Shown: positions 39,167 through 52,049 of the stretch, one piece after another
Position numbering within the stretch: the first letter of the stretch is position 1
Layout: every line of letters begins with the position of its first letter
Assembly: GCA_951406725.2 (NCBI GenBank)
Contig: OX597816.1
Span: 69,502,001 to 69,566,000, forward strand
Direction: 5' to 3'
Length of the DNA stretch: 64,000 nt
From: Octopus vulgaris
Lineage: Eukaryota
The notes under the pieces: model-generated
What the model saw: only the letters and a program-made list of their open reading frames with translations
What the model was told of the DNA's origin: nothing
The model's database searches: none
Made by a program: the position numbers and the translations under genes

Positions 39167-39204
39167 TCTTTTACGTTTCGAGCCTACGCTCTTCAACAGA
39201 AAGA
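39167..39204 (-). ncRNA. Minimal hammerhead variant (CUGUUGA core) in a PLE-type module (about 39060-39280)
   Basis: Reverse strand: tcttt-CTGTTGA-a-gagc(gtag)gctc-GAAAC-GT-A-aaaga; 5-bp stem I. Confidence 0.65.
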
Positions 39205-39388
39205 TACACAGAAAAGAAACACGGAAAGAAACAAGGAGAGAAAAAAATGCGTGCAGAAGCTAGCGAATCAACATGGCGATCTCTCTCTATATATATATCC
39301 AAACTACAAGACCGTGGTATCGATTCAAAAATCGTTTGTTTTCTACACCATCTGTCTTCGACTTTTGGTTTTCTTTTGTGAATTCTCC

Positions 39389-39443
<55 letters not shown>

Positions 39444-42346
39444 AAATTGTAATTTTTCGTTAAGGCAACATCATCAAAAATGTACTCCATGTAGTGATAA
39501 ATATCATTGAATCTACACACTGAGGAGATATGAGCTTGTAATAGTATCTTGCTTATAGACCTGGGTTTAAGGAAGTTTTCAAAAGCACGTCTTTTGTCTT
39601 TAATTAATCTTAGGATCTGACAACATTGTGTATTTAATTTGCAAATTAGGACGCTGGCACAAGAGAAACTTCTCAAATTCTAACAAACTTAAAGAATGGA
39701 CATGTGGTATAAGAGTTATAAATGTTCTTATGAAACATCGGACAGGACACAGTAAATTTTTATTCGATCAGGATTGATCTGGCATCGATCATCAATAACA
39801 ACAAACTTTAGCTATCAGTTGGTTGCAGAGTATATTCATAAGTAAAACGTTGTTATTTTTGTCATACCACAAGGTGATACAAAGTAGCATCACGATTTGG
39901 ACTACACACCGACAACTAAAATACAACGATTACATTGGAAAGTTCAGGTGGTCATCGGTTTGCTAGATGTTGAACTCAATGCATCTCTTGTTATACAAAC
40001 GCATACGGAACAGTCAACTCCTTAACATATTTTTGGTTATAATACTGCTCACAAAGGTTTGCCTAGCATCAATAAACAACAACAAAAACGATTTGTTACG
40101 ACTCTTTTTATGTTTATATCCCCCAAAAGTATAACCTATGTGACGAACAATTTTCAATCATAAAATTACATTGAGTGAATTAAATTTTCTGTTTTACTCT
40201 TTCATATTCGCGCATATCATCACATATTCTTGTTGCAAAATTATATTTTAGACTGGTGTAAAAGAAAGGAAAGCTGATGTCTATACAATAGCTTCTTAAC
40301 AGGAAGACTTGTGTTTCTTTGTATACTGGTAGCACATTAATTGTAGTGAATTTCGCTTTGATTATATAAAATCCACTATCTGATGAATATTTGCCTATAT
40401 GATCGTGTCACTAATTAGCTTTGTATCGAATATCCATTTACCAACTTGTATTGACAAAGTGTAATTTTGTTAGTCTAACAAAATCCTGTCAGTTAATATT
40501 GTGCTTTAATTAGAAAGAAATACATAGACACATTCCATCTGACACGAAATTAATCTAACAAAATATTTCAGATAGAATATTGCCGTTAACAATATACTTC
40601 TCTCTAGTAAATATTCACAGATTGCTATAATTTAATATGTACGACTCACACCTAGCATTAGGTCATAATATATACTTTTATTCTACAATAAAGTGGAGAA
40701 TCTTCAAAGAAACTTGCTTTGAAAATAATTACCCAACATGATTTTTACATCACGATTGCTGTAAAATAATGCTTTTCATTATAATTAATAGCTTTCTCTG
40801 CAAGCATTGTTATGTCGCTCTGTTCGCGAAAACGACTGCATTTGTTAATGATAGGAAAATATACTGATATACTTATAGGTGAATACTAGTTGAGATATAT
40901 GGAAGCGAATACGAATGGAAGAAATCATTATCGGTAATGTCTGTAATTTAAACGTCCTCATTCAAGTCACGTGATTTTATTGGTAAGAACTATGTTGTTG
41001 TCAATTCCAATTAATGGTTGCAGAAGGTAATTATCGAAGGATAATTACCTACCATACCGTATTTTATGATACAGCTCGTATTCGAACGAATCGAAAACTG
41101 ATCAGAGAAGCAATTTCAAAACAAGTATTCTATCCTTGCTTTGTAATTTCGTTCTCTTTATTACGAAGAAACAATATAATATTTTCGAAAAGTTATTTCG
41201 CAAAGAACCAAATTACCGTTACAATGTACAAAGCTTTATAGTTCCCATAAAAATTTCACAAAATGATTTCCATAAAAGAGAGTTACATTACTTCTCTGTG
41301 ATTGATCAAACACGATGTAAAGGTTTAAAATTTGACCTTTTCACAATATGCTATAAAGCAAAAATAAGTAGAATGCAGTATTTAATGATTTGCATTATCT
41401 CTTTCTGCATGTCCTTTTTTCCTAGCAAAAATTCTGTCCAAATCATTTTAGTATTTAATTCGTTTGAAGTTAAGGAAATCTGTACCAGTAACTATCTTTA
41501 TAATAGTAATTGTCATACGGCTACAGAAACATTCGATTTTTTAAAAATCCTTTTAATTGATACTAAAATAAGTGAGGCATAGATATATGTGTCAGAGATA
41601 TATGGGTAAGAAATTGTTTATGCAGAGCTGTGTATTCGGGTTCGAGCCAACCTCAGGCAGCTTAGACTTGTTTTTTTTTTCTGCCATAGACCTAGCTTCA
41701 GCAAATGCAATTATTAGAAACTGTAGTTGTGTGTATGCATACATGTGTGTACTATTTGATTCTTTGTCTGGGAAATTTTTAGTACAGATATTCTACATGA
41801 TTTGTTACACCAAACATAAACTAGTCCTTTTGCGGTCCAGCTTGTCCTCAATCTGACGTTTCATACGTACCCATTCCTTATAGCATCTTGTACTACATAA
41901 TCCTGCCAGTAACTTCCTTTATTTAAGATTGTGGGTTGCGACTAACATGTGCTACAGTTAATAAACGTAGGCTGGAACGCAAAATATCCTGTTTCGTCGT
42001 GTAGGTCGAGTCACATAATTATCAGCAATAAATGTACACAGAGAAAAGGCCTTATGTTCTAGAATCGACATGTTTTTCAGTTAGGCTCATAATAGCTTCG
42101 TATCAGTATCCTGTGTAATAGCAATCACTAGAATAGCATACTATCATTAAATATGTTATAACTACTTCAAAGTAAATCTAAAGTAAAGGATGTGTTGTGC
42201 CATACTTTAGCTGTAACGTATACATATGAATAGACCCCATTTTCAGCATGTATTTCAGTATATAAACACACACGTGTGTATGTGTGTGTGTGAGTATGTA
42301 TGTATATATATATGCATACATACATTTATATGGGTACAAAATATAG

Positions 42347-42575
42347 ATTTTCTTTACTGCCCACAAGAGGCTAAACATAGAGGGGACAAACAAGGACAGA
42401 CGAAGGGATTAAGCCGGTTACATCGACCCAGTGCATAACTGGTACTTAATTTATCGACCCCGAAAGGATGAAAGTTAAAATCGACCTCGGCGGAATTTGA
42501 TCTCAGAACGTATTGACAGACGAAATACGGCTACGCATTTCGCCCGGCGTGCTAACATTTCTGCCAGCTCGCCGT
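42347..42575 (-). mobile_element. SINE family A
   Basis: Full-length reverse copy of 1996-2225. Confidence 0.9.
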
Positions 42576-42625
42576 CTTTCTGATTTCAATATATAAACAC
42601 ACACGTGTATGTGTGTGCACGTGTG

Positions 42626-42688
<63 letters not shown>

Positions 42689-42695
42689 ACGTGTG

Positions 42696-42736
<41 letters not shown>

Positions 42737-42999
42737 TATGCATACATACATTTATATGGGTGCAAAATATAAGGTGTGCGTTGTGTTACATAAATGTTAT
42801 TTCACATATTTAACATAACAAACGGAAAACATACACATATATATATACACATGTACGTATAGGTTTGTGTGTGAAGTAACAAATCATAATTTTTTGTAAT
42901 ATAATGATTCTAACATTGTTGTTGTTGCTATTATTATTTTTGAGTGAGAGAGCAGCGCCTCCCATGAGAATGATACTGGGTTACAAATATAAGATACTT

Positions 43000-43620
43000 C
43001 GTCTACCCTTACGTTCTGAGTTCAAATTGCACCAAGCTCTACTTTGCCTTCATCGTTTTCGGGATCGATAAAATAATTACTGGTTCGATACAGGAGTCGA
43101 TGTAATCAACTTGCATCCCCATCTCAAAATCTGCTGGTCTTCTACAGAAATCTGTAACCTATTTTATTACTATTTCTGTTATTTTTGAACGGCGTGCAGG
43201 TAAAATCCGTAGCACTCTGGACAAAATTCTTAACAACATTTTATATGTCGTTACATTTAGAGTTCAAATTTCACTGAGGTCGATTTTCCCTTTTCGGAGC
43301 GAGGAAATAAGTACCAATCATGCACTGGTGTTGATATAATTAACTAACCTCTACTTCCAAATATCAAACCTTCTTCTTATAGTACAATGGATTACTGTTA
43401 TTTCTAATAAGGTGACGAGCTTGTACAATCGATTGTGTGTCAAAGAAAACGATTATCCGGAATTCGTCCGGCTATTTATGTCCTGATTTGAAATTCTACC
43501 GAGAACGTATTTGCATTTTATTCCTACGGAGCTCAATAATGTAAGTATAAATTGAACATTGGGGTCGTCGTCATCGTCTTATCCCCTACGCTAAACTTGC
43601 TCGCATTGCGATAAAAATTC
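43000..43620 (+). mobile_element. Old tandem cluster of about 3 degenerate family A SINE units
   Basis: Recurring gagttcaaatt...tttgccttcatc...gtcgatgtaatc motifs at about 43015, 43260 and 43490. Confidence 0.6.
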
Positions 43621-44499
43621 AAAAGGATATTCTTATTGCTGTTATTTTTCCCCATAACATTCTTGTAATCTATCATCATAGGATTAAGGATGTGTGTGTG
43701 TCCTAATGCAGCAAAAAGGGAAATGAATGTGGACAAGTCGAGAAATTCATAGATAAGGACGAGGCACTAACGTCGGCGATAACAAAATAGAATATTTACT
43801 AGCATTCCAGCTCGAACGAATCCTGCCCGCAATGTTAGGCTTTATAATAAATTTTTCCATTAATTGAATATGTAGTCCTTTCGTACATGACAAACATGTA
43901 TATTTAAAATAATCAGAAATTTAAATTAAATAATGGACCAGAATTACTAAGTAGAAAATCAAATATACATAGAATAATTAAGAAAGTTTACTTGCGGATA
44001 TTTTGCATTCTCTGCCAAGTTCTCTGATTAATCATGTGCATGTATAATTTCCTTGTATTTTCCTGTTGAAAGTCTAGCGAGTTTTATAAACACAGTAGCT
44101 TCATTAGAGCATTATTTCTTATATTCTTAAATTAATCATACTTAAACCTGTCCATGACGAAAGGTAACTAAGTAAAGAAGATCCGGTTTTTCAGTCGCGT
44201 AAATCATTCTTAGCCTATATTTTCTTCTTACGCCTACTTCCTCACAGCTGCGTACTCCCACCCACGTTTTGAAGAGTGTGAGGTTTAAGGGGAGAGGTGT
44301 TTTGCTGGTATTGCACGACTCCATAGGCTTCCACACGTGGGCGCGAAATGTGTTGTCAGCCCAATATTTATTTACATTCTTTTATTTATAGTTTTATAAG
44401 TACATCAAGATCTAATCCCCAAAGAAATCATTCCACGCCTTCTCAAAAGCTTGTTAATGCTTAAGTCATCTAGTTCCTATTTTTAAGGGTTTCACGAAA

Positions 44500-44668
44500 A
44501 GCCTGATTGGGGACCCAACCTTTGGAGTTCTTCTACTAAGCTTAGAAAAATTGAAGGAGCGCTGCAATAAGTGTGTGAATCTGTAGGGGAATATGTTAAA
44601 TAAAATCATAATTAATTGATCCTCTTGGTTCTTCTTTTACCCAAAGCCAGAAACTTTTCAGCACCACA
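44500..44668 (+). mobile_element. Mariner-like 3' end remnant
   Basis: LEKLKERCNKCVNL*GEYVK followed by TIR-like ccagaaacttttcagcacc. Confidence 0.6.
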
Positions 44669-45001
44669 TTGTGTGTATATGTGTGTGTATGCATATGAGT
44701 GTGTCTGTCTGTTTATGCACGTATGAATATATGTATGTGCCTTATATTTATTTCAACCATTAGACTGCAGCAAATACTTGTTTTTTTAAAGTAATATTTA
44801 TATAATTTTCTTTTAGCCAACCGCTAGAGTCATGCAACCAAGACAAAGGCCGTTGTCGAACGCTAAGGTGTACACACTCAACGGAAACACAAAGAAAAAA
44901 TACATTTATGTATACATATACGCTCATAAATGAATATGCGACTATATATATATATTTATATACAAATCCATGCACACACACACAGATACACACCTGTATA
45001 T

Positions 45002-45232
45002 AAATTTCTTTATTACCCACAAGGGATTAAACATAGTGGGGACAAACAAGGACAGACAAACGGAATAAGTCGATTACATCGACCCTAGTGCGTAACTGGT
45101 ACTTAATTTTATCGACCCCTAAAGGACGAAATGCAAAGTCGACCTCGGCGAAATTTGAACGCAGAACGCAACAGCAGACGAAATACGGCTACGTATTTCG
45201 CCCGGCGTGCTAGCGGTTCTGCCAGCTCGCCG
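45002..45232 (-). mobile_element. SINE family A
   Basis: Full-length reverse copy. Confidence 0.9.
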
Positions 45233-45254
45233 CGTATATATATATATTTATATA

Positions 45255-45330
<76 letters not shown>

Positions 45331-45462
45331 TTCATACTTACGTACTATCAGTATGTATGTATGTATGTATGTATGTATGTATGTATGTATGTATGTATGT
45401 ATGTATGTATGTATGTATGTATGTATGTATGTATGTATGTACTGTCCACTTTCGTATGTATG

Positions 45463-45562
<100 letters not shown>

Positions 45563-45593
45563 CATACCTATATATATATATATATATATATAG

Positions 45594-45913
45594 TGAGGGC
45601 GCGTGGCTTAGTGGTTAGGGCATTCGGCTCATGATCGTAAGGTTGTGAGTTCGATTCCCGGCGACCCGTTGTGTCCTTGAGCAAGACACTTTATTTCACG
45701 TTGCTCCAGTCCACTCAGCTGGCAAAAATGAGTTGTACTTGTATTTCAAAGGGTCAGCCTTGTCACTCTCTGTGTCACGCTGATTATCCCCGAGAACTAC
45801 GTTAAGGGTACACGTGTCTGTGGAATGCTCATCCATTTGCACGTTAATTTCACGAGCAAGCTGTTCCGTTGATCGTATCAGCTGGGACCCTCGTCGTCGT
45901 AACCGGCGGAGTC
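45594..45913 (+). mobile_element. SINE family D (tRNA-derived head)
   Basis: A box TGGCTTAGTGG, B box GAGTTCGATTCC, central gtgtccttgagcaagacactt. Confidence 0.88.
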
Positions 45914-46668
45914 TATAAAAGAATATATATATATATATGTGTGTGTGTGTGTACATATCTATATATATACTTATATATTTACATAAGGTTTTCACGTATC
46001 TGACGGAGAGTCAACGTGTGTGCATAGTACTTTAACTGGTGAATATTTAAAGAGTGTATGATTGTAATTTTATTTTTACATCAAAATGGGAACTATATCG
46101 ATATAACATTGATGAATCATCACTAAAATTGCTTTATAACCTTAAATGATCTTTCTTATTTCATTTTGGATTTGTTCCACTGAGATTCAGAGCCTAGAAT
46201 AAAACTTTAAATACAGGTCATTCGACAACCCGGCCAGGAAACAAGATACACGCGTCAATTACACACAGGTTAAAGATGTTTAACGTGAATAGTTCTCTTG
46301 TGTAGGCATAGAAAGGTTAAATAGCTGAAGAGTTCAATTAATTACAGCAGGAATTTATTATTAGTTGAGTCTGCTACCTGCTATCACTACCAACACCACC
46401 ACCACCGCTATTGTTGCTGTTGTTTCCGTTCTATAATTTAAAGACAAATATCGACCTGACGTGTAATTCTCTCTTTATAACAATTTACAAGATTCATTCC
46501 GTGCAAAGAGTTTAATTCAGATTTCAGAAGAATCAAATATTAATTGATTCCCAATAGTAAAGATTAAAGGTGGCTAATTTAATTTTATTTTTAATACAAA
46601 CTTCCACAATGTGTAACTTCATTTACTGATATTCTCAATATAGTATGAGATAATAATCTTCCACCGGT

Positions 46669-46864
46669 AGTTCCTTAATGATGATGCACAGTCTTATCAC
46701 AGGTTTTTAAAAAAACCTGTGATAAGAAATTCCTGTGATATGAAATTCCTCCTCATATCTCTGGAAATTTACATCTACACTATGGTTTAATTCACCTTCT
46801 CTGTGAAGCTAATAAGCTTCTTTTAAAAACCTGTGATAAGACTGTGCATCATCATTAAGGAACT
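46669..46864. repeat. Perfect 44-bp inverted repeat with 108-nt spacer, upstream of the HHR
   Basis: agttccttaatgatgatgcacagtcttatcacaggtttttaaaa (46669-46712) and its reverse complement (46821-46864). Confidence 0.95.
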
Positions 46865-46966
46865 TCGGAAATCTGTTTACAACCTAAATCTGCTTTTAAT
46901 GAAATTATCTCCAATGCTTCATGAGTATAGCCTCACCCACTAAGATGTTTGGAGAACTCATATGTA

Positions 46967-47057
46967 TTTTAGCTGATGAGTACGGGACACTTTTATCTGC
47001 TGCAATTTTTGCAACTTTTAATAAAGCCTGTCTTTGTATGAAACAATTGTACTAAAA
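46967..47057 (+). ncRNA. Type I hammerhead ribozyme with canonical core and extended stem II
   Basis: ttttag-CTGATGA-gtacgggaca...tgtctttgtat-GAAAC-aatt-GT-A-ctaaaa. 6-bp stem I, palindromic acaattgt stem III, GUA triplet. Confidence 0.85.
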
Positions 47058-47107
47058 ACTAATCCATTCTTGTTGCTTCTTTCTCGTTTATATATTATAT
47101 ATGTATA

Positions 47108-47217
47108 TCACGTGACCGACCAGATCATCAGATGTTGTTACACATCGCTGGTCACAATGCGTTCGCATTGTTTTAGCCTTCGAATGACGCCAATCCGCTG
47201 GCTAAGCGAGCAGGCCA
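47108..47217 (-). mobile_element. SINE family C tail type 2 fragment
   Basis: Matches 49200-49310. Confidence 0.8.
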
Positions 47218-47341
47218 AATATATGTATATACATATATATATATATACCTTACATGTATATGTATGTATATACGTATATGTCTTATATATATATATCACA
47301 TGTATGTATACACACATACACATACGCATACATATATATAT

Positions 47342-47880
47342 GCGATGAATCTTCTGAAGTTCCAAGTGTTTTGCATGCAAAATTTGTTTCAACTGTCATG
47401 GTTTTCGGAGATATCAGCAATGAAGGATATGTGATGTCTCCTTATTTCTTTCTACAAGGATTAGAGCTAACTCTGCCGCCTACATTGAGATCCTGGAAAT
47501 AATTGCTAAGCCCTGAAGGCCATATGTGTTTCAGTAAGACTCTGAACTATCACACATCGCTCTAGTAAAAGACGAAGGGATGGCTGTAAAATTTTCATGA
47601 TCGTAAAACCCCTAACATTTGGCCTCAATCCATTGGGCTATTAAATGTGGAGCGTTTTTGAGACAGAGGTCAATGAACTCGCCTCTTAACACCAAAGATA
47701 CTTTGAAAACTAGCATAGTCAGAGCAAAGTCCCAAGTGTACAAGGACCATTTGATTCGAGCATGTAGGTGATTGAGATCTCATATACAAGCAGTTGTTAA
47801 AGCTGAAGTGGCTTTATTGAATAACATTATAGAAAAGAAGGTTTATTTTTATCCGTATAGCATTTTCTGATAAATAAAAA
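47342..47880 (+). pseudogene. DD37D (maT-like) Tc1/mariner transposase remnant
   Basis: KFVSTVMVFGDISNEGYVMSPYFFLQGL, then VFQ*DS and NPLGY*MW-like motifs; stops and frameshifts. Confidence 0.75.
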
Positions 47881-48024
47881 TATCTGTTATATACATATAT
47901 ATATATATAAACATAAATATACATATATATATATATATATCTGTTTGTTTTATAAACATAATTCTGTCATCAAATATCTTACGCAAATCTACCTATCTAT
48001 CTCTCTCTCTCTCAGTGACTCTCC

Positions 48025-48146
<122 letters not shown>

Positions 48147-48639
48147 GTATATATTTATTGTTAAAGGCGGTGCTAGCATGGCCATATATAAACGAGTATA
48201 AAAGAGGGAAAGAGTATATATAGACACATATCAATACGGAGCAATTCACGAGAATAATAATTCACATATCCACGGATAGAAAGAGTGAGTTAGTGAGGGA
48301 GTGAATGAGAGATTTACACACACATACACACACACGCACACATATATATGTATATATATATGATTGTATACATATATACATATATGACTGCCTGTAGCTA
48401 TGTAGTGATGTAGTTTTTGTATACATTTGCATATATATCTCCGTGTAAACCTGATTAATATTTCGAAAGTTTTAATCTAAATATATACGAAAAATTTAAT
48501 CGAGAAATAATTAAACAAGTTACCTAAAAGTAAATAAAACTAAAAATACAAGGAAATCATGCTTCAGGTTTTACGGGAAATGACAGTTGGGTGGTAAAAC
48601 AATTTTGTTAAGTTTCGATACTAACGGGATTATTATATA

Positions 48640-48850
48640 TTTTTTTGCTGCCCACAAGGGGCTAAACATAGGGGGGACAAACGAGGTCAGACGAAGGGAT
48701 TAAGTCGATTACATCAACCCCAGTGCGAAACAGGTACTTTATTTATTGACCACGAAATGATGAAAGGCAAAGTCGACCTCAGCAGAATTTGAACTCAGAG
48801 CGTAACGACTGACGAAATGCCGCTAAGCATTTCGCCCGGCGCGCTAATGT
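48640..48850 (-). mobile_element. SINE family A
   Basis: Reverse copy. Confidence 0.88.
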
Positions 48851-48899
48851 TTCTTTCATTATAGAACGCCACTGTGCTCTTCTGTTTCTCTCTGATATT

Positions 48900-49158
48900 T
48901 TTTCTTTTACTCTTATATTTGCTTCTAACATTTTACTGTGGCCATGCTGGAGCAATGCCTTTAGTAGAACAAATCGACTCCAGGACTTATTTCTTGTAAG
49001 CCTAGTACTTATCCTATCGACTCTTTTTGCCAAACCGCTAGGTTACGGGGATCTGAAACACATGGACATAGGTTGCTAAGAGATAGAGGGGGCAAACACA
49101 AGCACATACATATATACATACATACATACATACATACATACATACATACATACATACA

Positions 49159-49190
<32 letters not shown>

Positions 49191-49690
49191 CATATATATC
49201 ACCGTGACCGTCCAGGCTATCAGATGTTGCTACACATCGCTGATCATTATGCGCTTTGCATTGTTTTAGACTTCAAATGACGCCACCCCGCTGGCTAAGC
49301 GAGCAGGCCAACAGAAGAGTGAGAGAAAGTTGTGGCTAAAGAGTACACCAGGGATCGCCCCCCCCCCTACCGGAGCTTCGTGGAGGTTTAGGTGTTTTCG
49401 CTCAATAAAAACTCACAACGCCCGGTCTGGGAATCGAAACCGCGATCCTACAACTGCGAGTCCGTTGTCTTAACTACTGGGTCATTGCGCCTCCACATAT
49501 ATGTATATCTGTATGTGTATACGTATATACGACAAGCTCCTTTCAGTTTCTCTCTAACGAATTCACTCACAAGGCTTTGGGTGGCCCGAGGCTATAGTAG
49601 ATGTCACTTGCCCAAACTGCCACGCACTGGGACTGAACCCGGAACCATGTGGTTGAGAAGCTTCTTACCACACAGCCAATCCTACGCCTG
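48900..49690 (-). mobile_element. SINE family B split at its internal microsatellite by a family C SINE
   Basis: 3' half 48900-49105, (CATA)n, insert 49198-49496, 5' half 49531-49690. Confidence 0.85.
49198..49496 (-). mobile_element. SINE family C, tail type 2
   Basis: Same tRNA-like head as 2342-2826; homologous to 57958-58255. Confidence 0.88.
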
Positions 49691-49939
49691 GTTCATAGAT
49701 AATCTATATCGTTTAGCATCTTATAACGAACTGTTCATTAATTGTTTGGCATGTATAAAAGGAGTTATATTTTAAGAATACATTTTGTAGGATTTAAATG
49801 GGGTTTTCAATAGATGTTTTGGCAGAGAAAATCCAGAGTGCGCGATGCTATTATATTACTGTTCAAAAGAAATGTCTATCCAGCTGGCAATCATTGTTAT
49901 GAAGCCGATTGCATCTGTCTAAAAATATCAGATGATTGA

Positions 49940-50260
49940 TGTGTTCATCAACCAGCCCACTTCAAAATTTGCGTCAAATTCGGAAAATATTTTTCGAGAC
50001 ACTCGAATGGTTCTCTAGAGCTTTTGGCAAATAATCTTCAAATAGAACTGTTGTTTTGAATGCAGTTTGCATTCAAGGCCTTGAAGCAAAAAACGTGGGC
50101 GAACGCTCACATATAGAATGTCAGAAAATATGAGAAAATTTCGAGACCTCATTGATAAGGATCTTCACAAAAATATTCAACACCCTTCACATGGCTTTAA
50201 TCACGATGACTTCCTGGACGAAATGATGATCATGCATCGAAATGCAAAGGAATTTGTACA
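49940..50260 (+). pseudogene. Highly degenerate mariner N-terminal remnant
   Basis: CVKFGK..ETLEWFSRAFGK*SSNRTVV-like HTH signature across frameshifts. Confidence 0.5.
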
Positions 50261-50440
50261 GCAGCACTAGACACTCGATCCAAAAAATAGTGCAATGACG
50301 TGTACCGTGAACATCTTCAAACTGCTTGACAACAAAAACAGCAACAAAATGACAGCAACAACAAAAACAACAACGGCAGCAATATCAACCACAAGAACGA
50401 CAAAAATAACAACAACAATGACGACGGCAACAACAACTCA

Positions 50441-50990
50441 TGTGAAGGCGCAATGGCCCAATGGTTAGGGCAGCGGACCCGAGGTCGTAAGAACGCCGTT
50501 TCGATTCCCAGACCGGGCATTTTGAGTGTTTATTGAGCAAAAAAACCTAAACTCCACGAGGCTCCGTCATGGAGGGGGTGGTGAAACCCGCTGTACTCTT
50601 TCATCACAACTTCCTCTCATTCTGTCTTCCTTCTTTTGCCACAAAGTAGAGGAACCATGATGTAACCCACTATGGTGTAGTAAACTTTCACACCCTATTC
50701 TAGATTGCGAATCCTCTGTAACCCAGGATGGTTCGGCTTTCCACCCGTTAAAAGTCACCGTTTACGGAATGAGGATAAGAAAGTAGTTTTCGCACCCGTG
50801 CAACCGCCAGTGTATCGCGTGTGGTGGGTGGATCTTCAAGTTGCCACACGCATTCTTAGTAGCTTAGAGTAGGCTCGAATAAATTTTGTGGCTAATGGCG
50901 TGAGTCCTGATTAGAAGAAGAAGAAGAAGAAGAAGAAGAAGAAGAAGAAGAAGAAGAAGAAGAAGAAGAAGAAGAAGAAGAAGAAGAAGA
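50441..50990 (+). mobile_element. SINE family C, tail type 1, with (AAG)n tail
   Basis: Homolog of 2342-2826; (AGA)n at 50913-50990. Confidence 0.88.
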
Positions 50991-51821
50991 GGAGGAGAGC
51001 AGTGAATGTTATATTTAAGGACATGATCTGAATAAAAACGTACAGTAAATTCAAGGGGAATAACCATAGTTAAGAAACAAACACACAAAGCACGGAGGGT
51101 GTGTATTGAAAATGAAAGCAGTCTATCGCTTATGGTAGGTGGATCTTCAAGTTGCCACACGCATTCTTAGTAGCTTAGAGTAGGCTCAAATTAGAGATAA
51201 AGCACGGAGGGTGTGTATTGAAAATGAAAGCATGAGTACGTTTTTGTAATCATAGTCAAGGGCAACAATTATAAAGAGATTGTTTCTCCTAGAGATGAAA
51301 TAACATCTGCCTGCCTTTTGCACGATTGTGTTTTTTTTTCTGTTCTTGGGCGCTGTGCAACAACAAAAAGAAAAGAGACGAATATAAGATAACATTCCGA
51401 TGTTCGGTTTGGAAACTATTTGGCTGATAAATCTATCAAATTCATCGACGAATCAGAGTCTCCTTCTTTATAAAGCACTTATTCAATTGTCATCATTCCT
51501 CCATCAAGATGATGCAGTGTTTCTACAAAGGTAATATGATTGTGATTCAACATAATTCGTGATCGTCTCGCTTATCTCATGGTGATGCTCCTGCATACCG
51601 GAAAATTACATTGAAACTCAAATACTGCAACATTGAGTCGGTAGATACAATTCATATAAAAATAGTAGCGTTATTGAGTAGCTTTCGAAACGAAATTTCT
51701 GTGTGTTCCCGTATTAATTGAGCATGTTCCAAAGATAATTATATTGAAGAGAGTGGTGACCGAATATAAAGCATGTATCAAAATAAAGGGTTTTTTTCTT
51801 GAAAACTGGTATATTTGTGTG

Positions 51822-52049
51822 TTTCTTTATTACCCACAAGGGGCTAAATATAGAGGGGAAAAACAAGGATAGACAAACGGATTAAGTCGATTACATCGAC
51901 TCCAGTGCGTAACTGGTACTTAATTTTATCGACCCCTTAAGGATGAAGGGGAAAGTCGACCTCGGCGGAATTTGAACTCAGAACGTAACGGCAGACGAAA
52001 TACGGCTCACATTTCGCCCGGCGTGCTAACGTTTCTGCCAGCTCGCCGT
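51822..52049 (-). mobile_element. SINE family A
   Basis: Reverse copy; ctggtatattt repeated on both sides (TSD). Confidence 0.9.

Noticed and set aside
41014-41856. Cluster of 75-148 aa ORFs in unique AT-rich DNA
   Set aside because: Amino-acid composition matches random AT-rich sequence; no domain or consistent exon structure seen.
45594-45670. tRNA gene candidates (A/B boxes; also at 2750, 50441 and 57958)
   Set aside because: No complete cloverleaf; each continues into a repeated SINE body.
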